From: Vicugna vicugna
Lineage: Eukaryota
Assembly: GCA_013265495.1 (NCBI GenBank)
Contig: MU057991.1
Location: 62,001-126,000 of the forward strand
Direction of reading: 5' to 3'
Length of the DNA stretch: 64,000 nucleotides
A program made the position numbers and the translations under genes. Below the pieces are notes generated by a model. The model worked only from the letters and a program-made list of their open reading frames with translations, did no database searches and was not told where the DNA came from. Positions 52,311 through 64,000 of the stretch are shown here, piece after piece (the stretch's first letter is position 1; every line of letters begins with the position of its first letter).

Positions 52311-52919
52311 CCCATGACTAGCTTCACTGCGGTATTTGCTTTATCGCAGCGGTCTGGAACTGAACCCGTGATGTCTCCAAGGTCTGCCTGAAGGCTGTGC
52401 GCAGAGCAGAGAGGGGACCCACAGGACCCACAGGCCGTAAGGCTGGAAGCAGGCCACAGCAGTACTCAGGGTGAGGTCTTTGTGTGATGGAAGAGTCAGT
52501 ACTTAACTCACCAGACGTCAGGGATGACTCGGAGACAAGATCCTAACCACAACAGTAAAATAGTTAAAAATTCTGAACGCAACTGATAGCAAGTTGGGGG
52601 TATCTGAGTATGAAAAGGCCTCTGCCTCAGTCTGGATTCTGGAAGCCCTTCCAGCCCCTGGAAGGTTTTCTATTACAAGAACAGGAGGACCTGGACAGAA
52701 ATACAGCTGGGCAGCAGACATCTAATCCAGCGCGAAACTGCACACGGGATGTGCTTTCAGGAGGTCCCTGCCTGGGGATGCAGCAGGGCCTAGGGAGCCA
52801 GGACTCCAGGCAGGATCCTCATTTCATTTCGACCTGCTTGGTTTGTAGTAAGACTTCAGTCCCCGTCTCCTGTCCCAGCGGGGATCTGTTCGAATGTGGT
52901 CCCAGCGCCAGCCACGCAC

Positions 52920-53066
52920 CTGCATTAACATGTAGTAGATGCCGGCCATGCCGTGGGCCGCGCCGACGTACTGCTTCCTGTGCCACTGATACAGCAGCGG
53001 GCAGCGCTCGGCCTTCTTCTCCTCCCGCGACAAAGCCTTGCCTGACTCGATTATAGCATCGACCAC
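52920..53066 (-). CDS. LANCL2: LANCL2 exon 5 equivalent, 147 nt
   Basis: Translates VVDAIIESGKALSREEKKAERCPLLYQWHRKQYVGAAHGMAGIYYMLMQ, including the GAAHG motif. AG/GT boundaries. Confidence 0.96.
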
Positions 53067-53396
53067 CTGCAGAGACGACGAGACAGCACAAGTTTAAGAA
53101 CCGAAATCTGTTTTAGCCTAATTAACAGTAACGACACGTCTTTACATAGACAGGCGACGATCTAAAAATCTTCAGTTAGTAGCCAACATTGTTACCTTTA
53201 TTTTATTAATTAATAAATACAGACAGAGAGAAATCAGAAGACAATCTCAGAACAGAAAAAGATATTAAGAAGTAGAAACCAAGAACTCAGAGGGTCTTTG
53301 TATGAACAGTTCACTAGTACCTAGAAAAACTTCTACAACTCTCCTACGCTTTTTACTTGCTTTGTCGCTTCAATGTTTTCCCAAAAAGACTGGCAA

Positions 53397-53700
53397 GTAC
53401 GGTCCCCCCTCCGTGTCCACCGCAGGTTCCACACCCACAGATTCAACCAACCTCAGCAAAAAAATTCAGGAAGTTCCCAAAAAGCAAAACTTGACTTGGC
53501 TGCATATGTGCCACTATTTACCTAGCATTTACACTGGGTATGACAAGTCATCTAGAGATGATTTAAAGTACAGGGGAGGGCGTGTGCAGATTACATGCAA
53601 ATAGACCACTTCACCCAAGGGACTTCAACATCCCAGCATTCGAGTGTCTGAGAGGATTCTGGGCACCAATCCCCAGCAGGTGCTGAGGGCTGACTGCACA
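53397..53700. mobile_element. TcMar-Tigger MITE (MER2-like)
   Basis: cacagattcaaccaacc...aaaaagcaaaacttga...tctagagatgatttaaagtaca...ccaatcccc...gagggctgactg. Confidence 0.7.
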
Positions 53701-54386
53701 TCGTCCGAGGCTGGAGGAACTGGCTTTATTCATGAAAGGCTAAGGAAAGGAGGTGTATTGCAGGATTCTAGTTAGATCAAAACTGTCATGATTACGGGGC
53801 AAAGACACTCACTGTTTCCTCATACCCTCTCCCCTGTATACTTTTGGTAACAATGCTCCAAGTTTTAGCTGAGCATCTGGCCTCTAAGATGCAGACAGCT
53901 GGACACAGTCATCTGACTGAGGTCTTCAAGTGGGATGTGAGCAGAAGGGAGGTGGGCAACTTCTAGTCGGCCTTAAGGAAGGTGCTCAGCCTCCACCTCC
54001 TCACCACCCTGGGGGCTGCCGGTGCTCAGCTGGCTCTGGTCCTGCAGAAAAGGGCCCAGCCCTAAGATAAGGTGGAGCGAGGCAGAAGAACCATATTCGC
54101 CTGGACTCCCCAGCTGTTCAGAGACCTCGCGAAGGAGAAATAAACATCCTGTCTTTCTGAAGATGCTGTTTGGTTCTAGTGAAAACAGCTTAATTAACAC
54201 AGATCTAACTTTTAAAAAAAAAATCCCTGATAGGAGAAAAGAAAAGGGGGCTGCTTATTAATCTTATGAGATGCCTTAGGAAATTACTCCCCCCGCCCAG
54301 AGGCAGAGTCCAGCCACCCCTCTAAGTCTGTACAAGCAGCCAGGCGGCGGGGACAGGACGCCGCGGTCGAGGGCATCCCACAGTAC

Positions 54387-54534
54387 CTCTTTGATAGCTG
54401 ACTCGCACACGGCGCCGGGGCCCACCTCCGAGTTCACGTAGAGCAAGGCGTACAGATAACCGGCCCGGCCATACAGCAGCTCGTCGGGAAGGTCCGATTC
54501 CCGGCAGACGATGCTCTTCTGGAGCTGTAAGAGT
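54387..54534 (-). CDS. LANCL2: LANCL2 exon 4 equivalent, 148 nt
   Basis: Translates (K)LLQLQKSIVCRESDLPDELLYGRAGYLYALLYVNSEVGPGAVCESAIKE. AG/GT boundaries. Confidence 0.96.
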
Positions 54535-55323
54535 CTACGCGACAAGAAAAATGACCCGCGAATGTCTGCGGTGCCTTCCCCTGAAACCGCAAGTAGCCCT
54601 CTCACCTTAGAGATCATCTGTTTCCTTTTAAACAGATTTAAAAAAAAAAAAAAGGAAAACAAAAACTTCCCCACTACAGAACCAGATTTCTCTCTCAGAT
54701 CTCAAAACTAATCACAAAACAGCTTCCTGTTCAAAAGTTCTATATTTACATCTAAAACAGGTAAGATACATACATACGAACCACGTACGGTGCTCTGAAT
54801 CATGCAAGACACTCAGTTCTGAAATCCAGAATTACAAGGAAGTGATTTAAAACCTTAATGACAATGTTACCAAAATGTATAGCTTGAGCCGCCCCATCTT
54901 TAACAAGCATTAACCAACGGGCACCTGCCAGACATGCTTCCAGACCACGGCGGTGAGCCCCAATTTCTGCCGCTTCAGGAGAAGATGAGCCAACAGGTGC
55001 AGTAAAAGTTCACAATCTCTAATCGTTTCACAGACAATTAAAGTGCACCTAAGGTGTACAAGCTGATTTTCATGCACTGAAGGCAACCAAAAACCACTTA
55101 GGAGAAACCATGTTTGGTCCCCCCTCAATCTGAGGGGAAGTTAAGGCAAACACATGCTTGGACAGCAAGGGAGCATGTGACCAGGACCACTACACAAACT
55201 CCTCGCTTCTAGCGGAGCCCTGTTTGCAGGAGTCAATGAATTAAAATCCAATTTTGCTTTTGAATCTCTTTCTGCAGCAAGACTGAGAATTTGGAGAAAG
55301 TACTTGTAGCTTTGAAAACTCAC

Positions 55324-55531
55324 TTCGTGATGCACTCCTGGGACTCGCAGTCGCTTTTGAGTTTATGGTAAACCACAGCCCCGACGGCAAGGGGCCCGGC
55401 ATCTCCGCAGAGGAAAGTCACCCTCCGGCCGCTCAGGTTCCGAAGCGTTCGCTTCACGTAGTCCAGGGACCGGAGCAGGTAGGTCTGGTCACGCGTGACC
55501 CGGTACAGCTGCAGGTACAGGAGGGCTATGC
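55324..55531 (-). CDS. LANCL2: LANCL2 exon 3 equivalent, 208 nt
   Basis: Translates (G)IALLYLQLYRVTRDQTYLLRSLDYVKRTLRNLSGRRVTFLCGDAGPLAVGAVVYHKLKSDCESQECIT(K). Acceptor ttgcAG, donor GTGAGT. Confidence 0.95.
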
Positions 55532-56344
55532 CTGCAAGGAGCCCCCGCCCCCAAGCAAAGCGTTACTGCCTTGCCTTTGCACCTTCAGGACATTATTTTA
55601 TGCTTCCAGGAAAAGCCTATACAGAAAGCCTGTGTTTCGGAAGGGGCAACACCAAATTACATATGTTTCTTAAAAATGAAAAAAAAAAAACTCAGGGGAG
55701 AAAAAATTGAAAACAAGTTTAAAGGTGTTATCTTGAATATAGTTCCCTGTGCTATATACAGTGCGGCCTTGCTGTTTATTCCCACAGTTTTATTGAGGTA
55801 CAACCGACAAATACAGCTGTATATACAGTGAAGTACTCATTTAGGACGATGTGATGTGCGCTGGGAAATATACCGCAGTCAGGCTGGCACGTCCATCACC
55901 CCACACAGTTATCACCTGAGGTCTGTGCGTGTATTAATGAGAACGCCTCAGACCTGCTCTCTCAGCGAGTTACACGTAGACAAGGAAACACTGTGAACTC
56001 CCCTGCGGCACGAGATCTGTACAAATGTAGACACTGTAGCTGAAGGCTCGTGCCCTGGGACCGCCACTTCTGCATTTCCCCCACCACCCAACCCCTGGTG
56101 ATCCCCCTTCTACCCTGTTTTCATGAGTTCGATTTCTGGTTTGTCTCTTTGAAGAATTAATATGTATGTGAGATCACACAGTTTGTGTCTTTCCTCTGTC
56201 AGGCTTTTTTCACTTAGCATAATGTCCTCTAGGACCGTCCACGTTGTCACAAATGACAAGATTTCTTTCCTTCTCGTGGCTGAACATTCCATGCATAGAC
56301 AGCGTAACACTCCATTAGACAGACAGCTAGATAGATAAGACATC

Positions 56345-56690
56345 TAGATGGATGGATGGATGGATAGATGGATGGATGGATAGATACACAGACACATGGA
56401 TGGATGGATGGATGGATGGATGGATAGATACATGAATGGATGGATGGACAGACAGACGGATAGATAGAGAGAGATGGATGGATGGATAGATAGATACATG
56501 GATGGATGGATGGGAGATGGATGGATGGATAGATACATGGATGGATGGATAGATACATGGATGGATGGATGGACAGAAAGTCAGACACACAGATAGATAC
56601 ATGGATGAATGGATGGATGGATGGATAGATGGATGGGTAGATGGATGAACAGATGGATGGATGGATGGACAGACAGACAGACACATACAT
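56345..56690. repeat. (GGAT)n/(AGAT)n/(AGAC)n compound microsatellite
   Basis: Directly visible tetranucleotide array. Confidence 0.95.
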
Positions 56691-57242
56691 ACATCGGTAG
56701 ATCACAACCTCTTTTTTTCTTCCCTTTTGGATTTATAATTTTATTGAAGAACCAGTAGATACGTTTTTTAGATCACAACCCTTTTCCATTCAAGGATCGA
56801 TGGGAACTCAGGTGGCTTCTGTGTCTCGGCTGTTGTAAACGATGCTGCTGTGAACGTGGGGGTGTGGACAGCTCTTTGAGACACTGACTTCCCCAGAAGC
56901 GAGACTGCTGACCTATTAGCAGTTTCATTTCTAATATGGATGGGTAGATGGATGAACAGATGGATGGATGGATGGACAGACAGACAGACACATACATACA
57001 TCGGTAGATCACAACCTCTTTTTTTCTTCCCTTTTGGATTTATAATTTTATTGAAGAACCAGTAGATACGTTTTTTAGATCACAACCCTTTTGCATTCAA
57101 GGATCGATGGGAACTCAGGTGGCTTCCGTGTCTCGGCTGTTGTAAACGATGCTGCTGTGAACGTGGGGGTGCGGACAGCTCTTTGAGACACTGACTTCCC
57201 CAGAAGCGAGACTGCTGACCTATTAGCAGTTTCATTTCTAAT
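56629..57242. repeat. 307-bp direct tandem duplication (56629-56935 / 56936-57242)
   Basis: Both copies run ATGGATGGGTAGATGGATGAAC...AGTTTCATTTCTAAT, with about 3 substitutions. Confidence 0.93.
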
Positions 57243-57998
57243 TTTCAGGGGAACCTCCATACTGTTTTCCACAGTGGCCGCACCGATTTATACTCTCCCT
57301 GTGTACTAGGTTCCTCTTTTCTCCACATCCTCCCCAACACTTGTCTCTTGTTTTTTTTTTTTAATTTTTTAAACAAAAAGCCTTCCTAACTAACAGGTGT
57401 GAGGTGGTATCTCATTGTGGTTCTCATTTGCATTTCTCCGATGATGAGTGACGCTGAGCATTTTCATATAGATGCCAGCCGTATGGATGCCTTCTTTGGA
57501 AAAATGTCCACTCAGGTCCCTGGGTCCATGTTTTAATTGATCATTTGTTTTTCCCTGTTGAGTCACGCACGTTCCTAATACGCTTTGAGTACTAGCCCCT
57601 TAGCAGAGGCACGGTCTACAAACATTTTCTCCAGTTCAGTAAGCTGCCATCTCGTTTTGACTGTCTCCCTTGCAGTGTAGAAGCTGTTCAGTTTGATGTG
57701 CCCCCCGTCTGTTTGGTTTCGTCGGTTGTGCTGTTAGCACGATGTCCAAAAGAATTACTGCCAGATTCTTCTAGCAGTTTTACACTTTCGGGCCTTGCAT
57801 ATTTAAGTCTTTAATCCATTTTGAGTCCACTTTTTGAGAGCGGTGTAAGACAGGAGTCCAGTTTTCCCAACACACTCACTTCAAGAGACAATTTCCCCAC
57901 TGCGTGTTCTTGCTGCCTTGTCCAGGATTAACTAACTGCATTCATACGTGGGTTTACTTCTGGGCGCTCTATTCTGTTCCACTGGTCTCCACGCCTGG

Positions 57999-58137
57999 CT
58001 TGTTTTATTTTATTGTATTTGGTTGTTGGGAGGTAATTACGTTTATTTGTTTATTCTTGGAGGAGGTATCGAGGATTGAACCCAGGACCTCTTGCGTGCT
58101 AAGCATGTGCTCTACCACTTGAGCTACGCCCCCCCCT
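57999..58137 (-). mobile_element. Vic-1-like SINE inside L1
   Basis: Reverse-complement head (ggattgaacccaggacctcttgcgtgctaagcatgtgctctaccacttgagcta). TSD TCTCCAYGCCTG. Confidence 0.88.
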
Positions 58138-59151
58138 TATCTCCATGCCTGTTTTGATGCCACTAATATATTGCTTTGCTCACCAGCCCTTTGTAATGAG
58201 GACGTGTGATGCCCCCAGCTTTCTCAAGATTGCTTTGGCTATTCTGGATTTCAGTAGTTCCACAGAAATTTTAGGATTGATTTTCAATTTCTCCGGAAAA
58301 CATCATTAGAATTTTGATAAAAGCTGCGCTAAATCTATAGATCACTTTGGGTAGTATGGACATTTTAGCCACGCTATGCTTCCAATCCATAAACAGGGAA
58401 TATCGCTCCATTTACTTGCAGCGTCTTCAATTTCTTTCATCAGTGTCACAATTTTCAGTATATAGGTCTTCTACCTCCGGTTAAATTTATTCCTAAGGAT
58501 TTTTCTTTGATTCTGTTGTAAATGGAATTGTTCTGCTAAACTCCTTCTGCAGTGCTTTGTTGTTAGTGTATAAAAGCACAACTGATTGCTGTATCCTGCA
58601 ACTCAACTGAATTTATGGGCTTTTTTCAATCGGTTAATTTTTTTGGTGGCGTCTTCAGGGATTTTTTTATATATAAGATTATGTCACCTGCAAACAGAAA
58701 CAATTTTATTTCTTTCTGATTTTGTTTGTTAGTTCATTCACTCATTCATTCATTCTTTCATGGGGCATAACTTCTCCGGCTAGAATTTTGAGCACTGTGT
58801 TAAACAGAAGTGGCAAGACTGGGCATCCTCTCTTTTGTTCCTGCTGTAAGAGGAAAGGCTGAGCACTGTTAGCTACATGCGTGTCACCGAGTATAAGGAC
58901 AGCTGTGGGCTTTTGTTATGTCGAGGTATATCCTTCTGTATCCAACTTGTTGAGAGCTTTTATGATGAAAGTATGCTGAATTTTATCAAATGCCTTTTCT
59001 GCATCTATTGAGACGACCATATGATTTTTAGCCTCCATTCTGTTAACGTCGTGTATTGTATTTACTGGCTTGCGTTTGCTGAGACGCGACATCCTGGCAC
59101 CCCTGGGGCAAATCCCACGGATCAGGCATATCCTTTTAGAGAGCTCCTGAT

Positions 59152-59310
59152 GGGGGAGGGCATAGCTCAAGTGGCAGAGTGCATGTTTAGCACGCATGAG
59201 GTCCTGGGTTCAATCCCCGGTACTTCTTCTAAGAATAAATAAGTAAACCTAATTACATCTTCTCACCAAAAAGGAAAAAAAAAAAAAAAGACAGAAAAAA
59301 AATTTTTTTA
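59152..59310 (+). mobile_element. Vic-1-like SINE inside L1
   Basis: GGGGGAGGGCATAGCTCAAGTGGCAGAG...GGGTTCAATCCCC head with an A-rich tail. Confidence 0.9.
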
Positions 59311-59599
59311 AAAAGCTCTTGGACTGTGTTGGCTGGTATTTTGCTAAGGATTCCTGTATCCACGCTCATCAGAGACTGAACATTCTTGTCTTGTTGATCC
59401 TAGCAGGCAAGCTCTGAGGGTCTTACCATCAAACGCGATGCAGGTTTTTCGTGGACATTCTTTACCAAGCTGAGGACGCTCCCCTCTCTTCCTAGTTTGC
59501 CAAGATTTTTTTTTAATCGTGCACAGGTGTTGAATTTTTTCAAATGCTTTTTCTGCATCTCTATATATGTTTTTTTTCTTATTTAATCCCACTCCACTT

Positions 59600-61500
59600 T
59601 CAAACATCAACCTACCACTTCAAGGGCAGAACGAGCACCTTATAATAACAAAATATCCCCAGTTCCTCCCTCCAATCTCTTGTCACTTGCTGTCATTTTT
59701 CTCACACGTAACATACACATATAAGCGTGTATATATGCACACACATAGACAAACACAGAAGCAAACAGAGCTGAATACGCTGCTGCTATTATTTTGAACA
59801 AATATCATTTTGAACAGTTTTTGATCTGTTAGGTCATTTTAAAATAAAAATAAAAGTTTTTGTTTCACCTTCACTTATGCATTCTCTGAGGTTTCTCCCC
59901 CCTTTTTTTTTAACGCACATCCAAGGTTTTAACCTGTATCATTCTCCTTCTCAGAAGAACTTGTTTTACCATTTCTTGCAAGTCCAAGTATAATGGGAAC
60001 AAATTCCCTTGATTTTTGCTTGAGGAAGTTTTTCTTTCTCCTTCACCTTGAAGGATAATTTCACAGGGGACAAAATCCTAGGCTGTTGGGTTTTTCTTTT
60101 AACTCTCTATATTTTAAGTATTTCTCTCCACTCTCGTCTTGCGTGCATGGCGGCTCAAGAAGTCTGGTGTAATTCTGATCCTTGTTCCTCTGTAACTGAA
60201 GTTTTTTCCTTTGTGTTCTTCCAAGATTTTTCATCTTTCCTCTTATGATGTTTATGTATTATATGCCTAGGTGCAGTTTTGTTTTTTCCCTTTATTTTTT
60301 CGGTTTGGGCATTTATCCTCTTCGGAATTCTCTGAGCTTCCTGGACCTGCGGTCTGGTGTATATTAACTTGGAAACATTCTCAGTCCTCATGGCTTCCGT
60401 CCCTTCTCCTTCTGGTATTCCCATGTCACACGTGTTAAGCCTTCTGTCACTGTCCCACAGTTCTGGATACTCTGTTGCTTTTTTCTTTTTCTTTTTTTTT
60501 TTCCAGTTCTTTCCTTAGCTGATGAGCCTGTCAGAGAAATTCTTCATCGGTTACAGTGTATTTGATATTTAGTATTAATGTTCAATTCTTTCTTAGAATT
60601 TCCATCGATCTGATTACATTGCCCATGAGTTCTTGCATGTTGTCGCCTTTTTTCATTAAAATCCTTAGCATATTAATCACAGTGTTTAAAAATTCTTGGT
60701 CTGATAATTCCAACATTGCTGGCATATCTCAGTCTGGTTCTGATGTTCGTTTAGTCTCTTCAGACTGGACGGATTTTGCCTTTCAGTGTGTCTTGGAACT
60801 TTTCATGGGAAGGTGGGCACAATGTACTGCAGCCAACGCTCCCTCAGCAGCGGAGTGGGCAAGGGGAGGGGGGAGTGGCAGCGTTCCACGGCTCTGTGAC
60901 TGGATCTCTGTGTCCTGCGGGCCTCTGTCCCTGCACCACGAACCCCACCTCTCAGGGTCCTCCTCCCCTCAGGCCAGACAGGATGGCCAGAGGGGGCTCG
61001 AGGGGGCTATTCCTGCTCCCCCAGGTAGGTTATAAATCTCCAGTAGGTCGGGCTCTGGTAAAGCTTCTCCTGAAGGCTGGCCTTGTTAGGAAGAACAGGA
61101 TGCTCTGGCGTATTTCAAAATGGTCCCTTTCCCCCTCCTGCCACGAGAAGCACGAGGGGTTTTTTTTCCAGAAGCCACGGTGAGGATGTGGGAGGGCTCC
61201 TGAAGTCAACCCCGCAGCAGCGTGGAAGGCGCCCTATGACCGGTCCTCCTGGAGTTTCTTTCTTCACTCTCGCGTTTGCCCACACTGAGCCTCCAGGAAC
61301 TAACCACTGACCGCTGAAGTTCCATGAAGGTTTCTCCTTCCAGGTCTCCGCTCCACTAAACTGACTTTCTGAATCGCCCCGTCTGCCCTGTGACCCCACT
61401 TCTCCGACGGATCTCGGAAGAGCGGCTGGCTTTGCAGTCTGGTCAGCTTTTTGCTTTTTGGATCACAGTCCTAAACTCCTTACCAGTCAGACCAGAACGT
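59600..61500 (-). mobile_element. Old L1M ORF1 / 5' region fragments
   Basis: Minus ORF piece GIPEGE...QVQEAQRIPKRIN...PRHII resembles L1 ORF1. Boundaries approximate. Confidence 0.6.
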
Positions 61501-63321
61501 GGAAGTCTTTCTACAACCAATCTGCTTTCGTTTTTCTGGGTTTTTTCCCCCCTTTTATGGCACTGCTGTGTTTTCGGAGGTGTCACCTCTTCCTCCATCT
61601 CCTTGCAATTTGGTCCTCATTTCTAAAGTGACTTTGTCTTTTCCTCGAATGGCTTAGTTCTGTCAGTCCTTATTTCACACCATCTTACTGTCCTGTCTTC
61701 TCTTCAAGTTCGTTTACTTCCGTGTTGTGAACACACAACGTAATTAAATTATAAAATTAATGTTCAAGGTGCTGCAACTTTTCTCCACCTTGTGGTGGTG
61801 TGTTTTCTCCTACTGACAAAATTTGATTTTCTTTTCTCTTTCCCCTCATGCTGTGTAAATAATTGTTGATTTTTTCCCTTAAATTTGAAATAGGTGGATT
61901 TTTCTGGATCAAACTATTAAGAAAATTCTCTAGAAGAGGAAAGTGGTTAGGAAAGCTTTCATCTCAAAGGCATCCTCTTCTAAGTGATGAATGGTGCAAT
62001 GAATAAACGGTGACTCGGTGGCCGGAGGTCCTGACTCTCAGGTCCCCTCCTGTTTCAGCAGGGCTCCCATCACCGCCGTCCCCCCCCCCAGCCTGCACCT
62101 TCAGCCAGTGCCAGCTTCTGCTCTGTACATTAATCCCCTCTTTCTCAGAACTGTGCTTTTCTAGAAAGTCTAAAATAAAACCTCTGTCCCCCATGTGCCC
62201 CCCATTCCTTTTTATCTCTGCTTCTCCCAGCAGTTCTTGCCCACCTCCCACTCAGACACGCCCTCAGAAGCTCCCCGGCAGGGTGTGTCTCACTGCTTCT
62301 GGGGTAACTGCTCGCTGATTTGTAAAGTGGGGACAGGCAGTAGATACACAGACAGGAGAGGACAGATTCTGCACCCTGGGTCCTTGGTCCCCCTCCCCTG
62401 CTCCAGCGTGGCGGCTTTCCACAGTCACTCTGGAGGCTATCTGTTTGTCCCCCCATCACTTGTGTACGTTCTCTATCTCACAATTTTGCTAAAGGGACAC
62501 GCTTGCAGTGCTTCATTTATTCTTCTATTGCACAGTTTTAGGAGAAAAAAAATAGGGAGGGAGGAGTCTAGGCAGATCCCTTACTGCTACATGAAACCCA
62601 AGGCCCTAAACGTCATTTGAGATCATTCACACCAAATACCTCCATCATGGCTCGATCAGTGACTCCAAACAATGCCAACACATGGGGATTTGTAAGAAAT
62701 ACTGATTTTTGGAATCCACCCCCACAGAGTCCCTGATGTAACCGTCCTGGGGTGGCGGCTGATACACAGTCTTTTTATTATAAAGCTCTCTGGATAATTC
62801 TGAAGCCAGCCAATTTGGGACCTAACAATCACGGGGTTAAAACCCCTTTTTCAACAAGAAATTTTTTCTTTAATTGAAGTATAGTCAGTTTACAATGTTG
62901 TCTCAATTTCTGGTGTGCAGCACAATGTTTCAGTCACACATGAATACACACACACATATAAAAAGCCTATGGATTTACATGTGAGCTGTCATGAGCAATA
63001 ATCTCACTGCAGTCTAAACCCTCATTTCTTTTGTTCCTTGAACACCTGTTACAATGTTCTAGCTGTGTGGTAAAACAGTCAGAAGAATGCAAAGATTAGC
63101 TAACGCAAGCTAATTTTGAAATCAAACTTTTCGATGTGAAGTGCATTACTGGCTGCTTGTTTAATTATTAACACCAAAATAAAGATAAAAACCGTTCTGT
63201 GTCCAAAGGAGTACAAGCAGCAGGTTAAACCGCTCATATACATACAGGACCAGAGAAATCACACAAACACAGCTTGTCACAAAGCTCAAAGACACAAAAG
63301 CAAACAAAAAAACTGACCTTA

Positions 63322-63946
63322 TGTGAGAGCTGGCAGATGGCTAGACATGAGCAGAGAAAGGGGGACACAGAACAAATGGCAGGAACTGGGCAGAAAGGAG
63401 GGGCGAATACAGGAAACCATACATCATGTGAGCACCAGGGCAGAGAAAAGCTGGAACCTCTGGGCTGATAAACGGTCACACATTTTGGGGTGAAGAGCAG
63501 CCTGAAGGCTGACAAAGAAAGGTGGGAAAAGGCAGGAATCTCCAATGTCCCGATGTAACCTTTTGCTCATTCTGCCCTCATTTCAATAAAATTAGCCTGC
63601 AGATCAGAAGTCCCCATCATGCACCGATGCCGGGACACTTCCGATCCAGACTAAATAAGGACAAAAATCCCTCTTCCCCTTGGGAAGGTGGAGCTGGGGT
63701 GATAATCAGGGAATATGACCCGAAACCCTTCCCTCCCCAATGAACATTCTGCTCATTCATTTTTACATTCTATGTAACCAACTTGCCAAAGAAACTCGGG
63801 GCAGCTGCTCACCTGAGTCTGCCCGCTCCCCTCTTGAGAGAGTGTGCCGTCCATCCCTTAAGAAATCCCCACCTGACTTTCTTAACCTCTGTGTCCTGTC
63901 TCTGGATTCTTTCTCTGACGGGGCAAGAACCTAGTCACTGGCAACA
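63322..63946 (+). mobile_element. Complete solo ERV1-class LTR (MER50-like start), antisense to LANCL2
   Basis: TG (63322)...GGCAACA (63946) termini flanked by a perfect 4-bp TSD CTTA (63318-63321, 63947-63950). Confidence 0.88.
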
Positions 63947-64000
63947 CTTATAGCAAGTTTGCTCTTATTACACATTTTCAAAAACAGTCACATATTAGGT

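Larger units (their letters stand above)
55787..59570 (-). mobile_element. Long fragmented L1 (3' UTR through ORF2) with nested SINEs, a microsatellite and a duplication
   Basis: Continuous antisense L1 text (ttcacttagcataatgtcctctagg; ggtgtgaggtggtatctcattgtgg; ttgggtagtatggacatttt) and the ORF piece [19 protein letters not shown]. Confidence 0.85.

Noticed and set aside
36689..55531. LanC-type cyclase as part of a lanthipeptide biosynthetic cluster
   Set aside because: It is the ordinary spliced vertebrate LANCL2. No precursor peptide or dehydratase genes are present.
56247..56705. Repetitive SIHP-rich ORFs
   Set aside because: These are translations of the (GGAT)n microsatellite.

Overview
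Mammalian genomic DNA, most likely from a camelid: seven copies of a tRNA-derived SINE match the camelid Vic-1 type as I recall it. The window holds the 3' ends of two convergent genes. VOPP1 is on the + strand: the last two coding exons (732-868 and 16397-16587) and a 3' UTR ending near 18.75 kb. LANCL2 is on the - strand: seven coding exons equivalent to exons 3-9 (55531 down to 36689), all GT-AG and in frame; exons 1-2 were not found and presumably lie beyond the window. The rest is intron or intergenic DNA rich in L1 fragments, SINEs, solo LTRs, DNA-transposon relics and microsatellites. The most interesting structure is a sense-oriented LTR ending 26 nt upstream of the penultimate VOPP1 exon. 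It carries eight 44-bp units, each pairing an NF-Y (Y-box) site with an octamer-type site, followed by a TATA-like box and an AUG-free leader whose first AUG is in frame with VOPP1. This is a candidate LTR-driven, N-truncated VOPP1 isoform. Other points: LANCL2 exon 7 has 100% GC3, LANCL2 appears to have a 7-aa C-terminal extension, one L1 is nested and internally inverted, and there are several recent local tandem duplications. Gene and repeat-family names come from recall, not from a database search.
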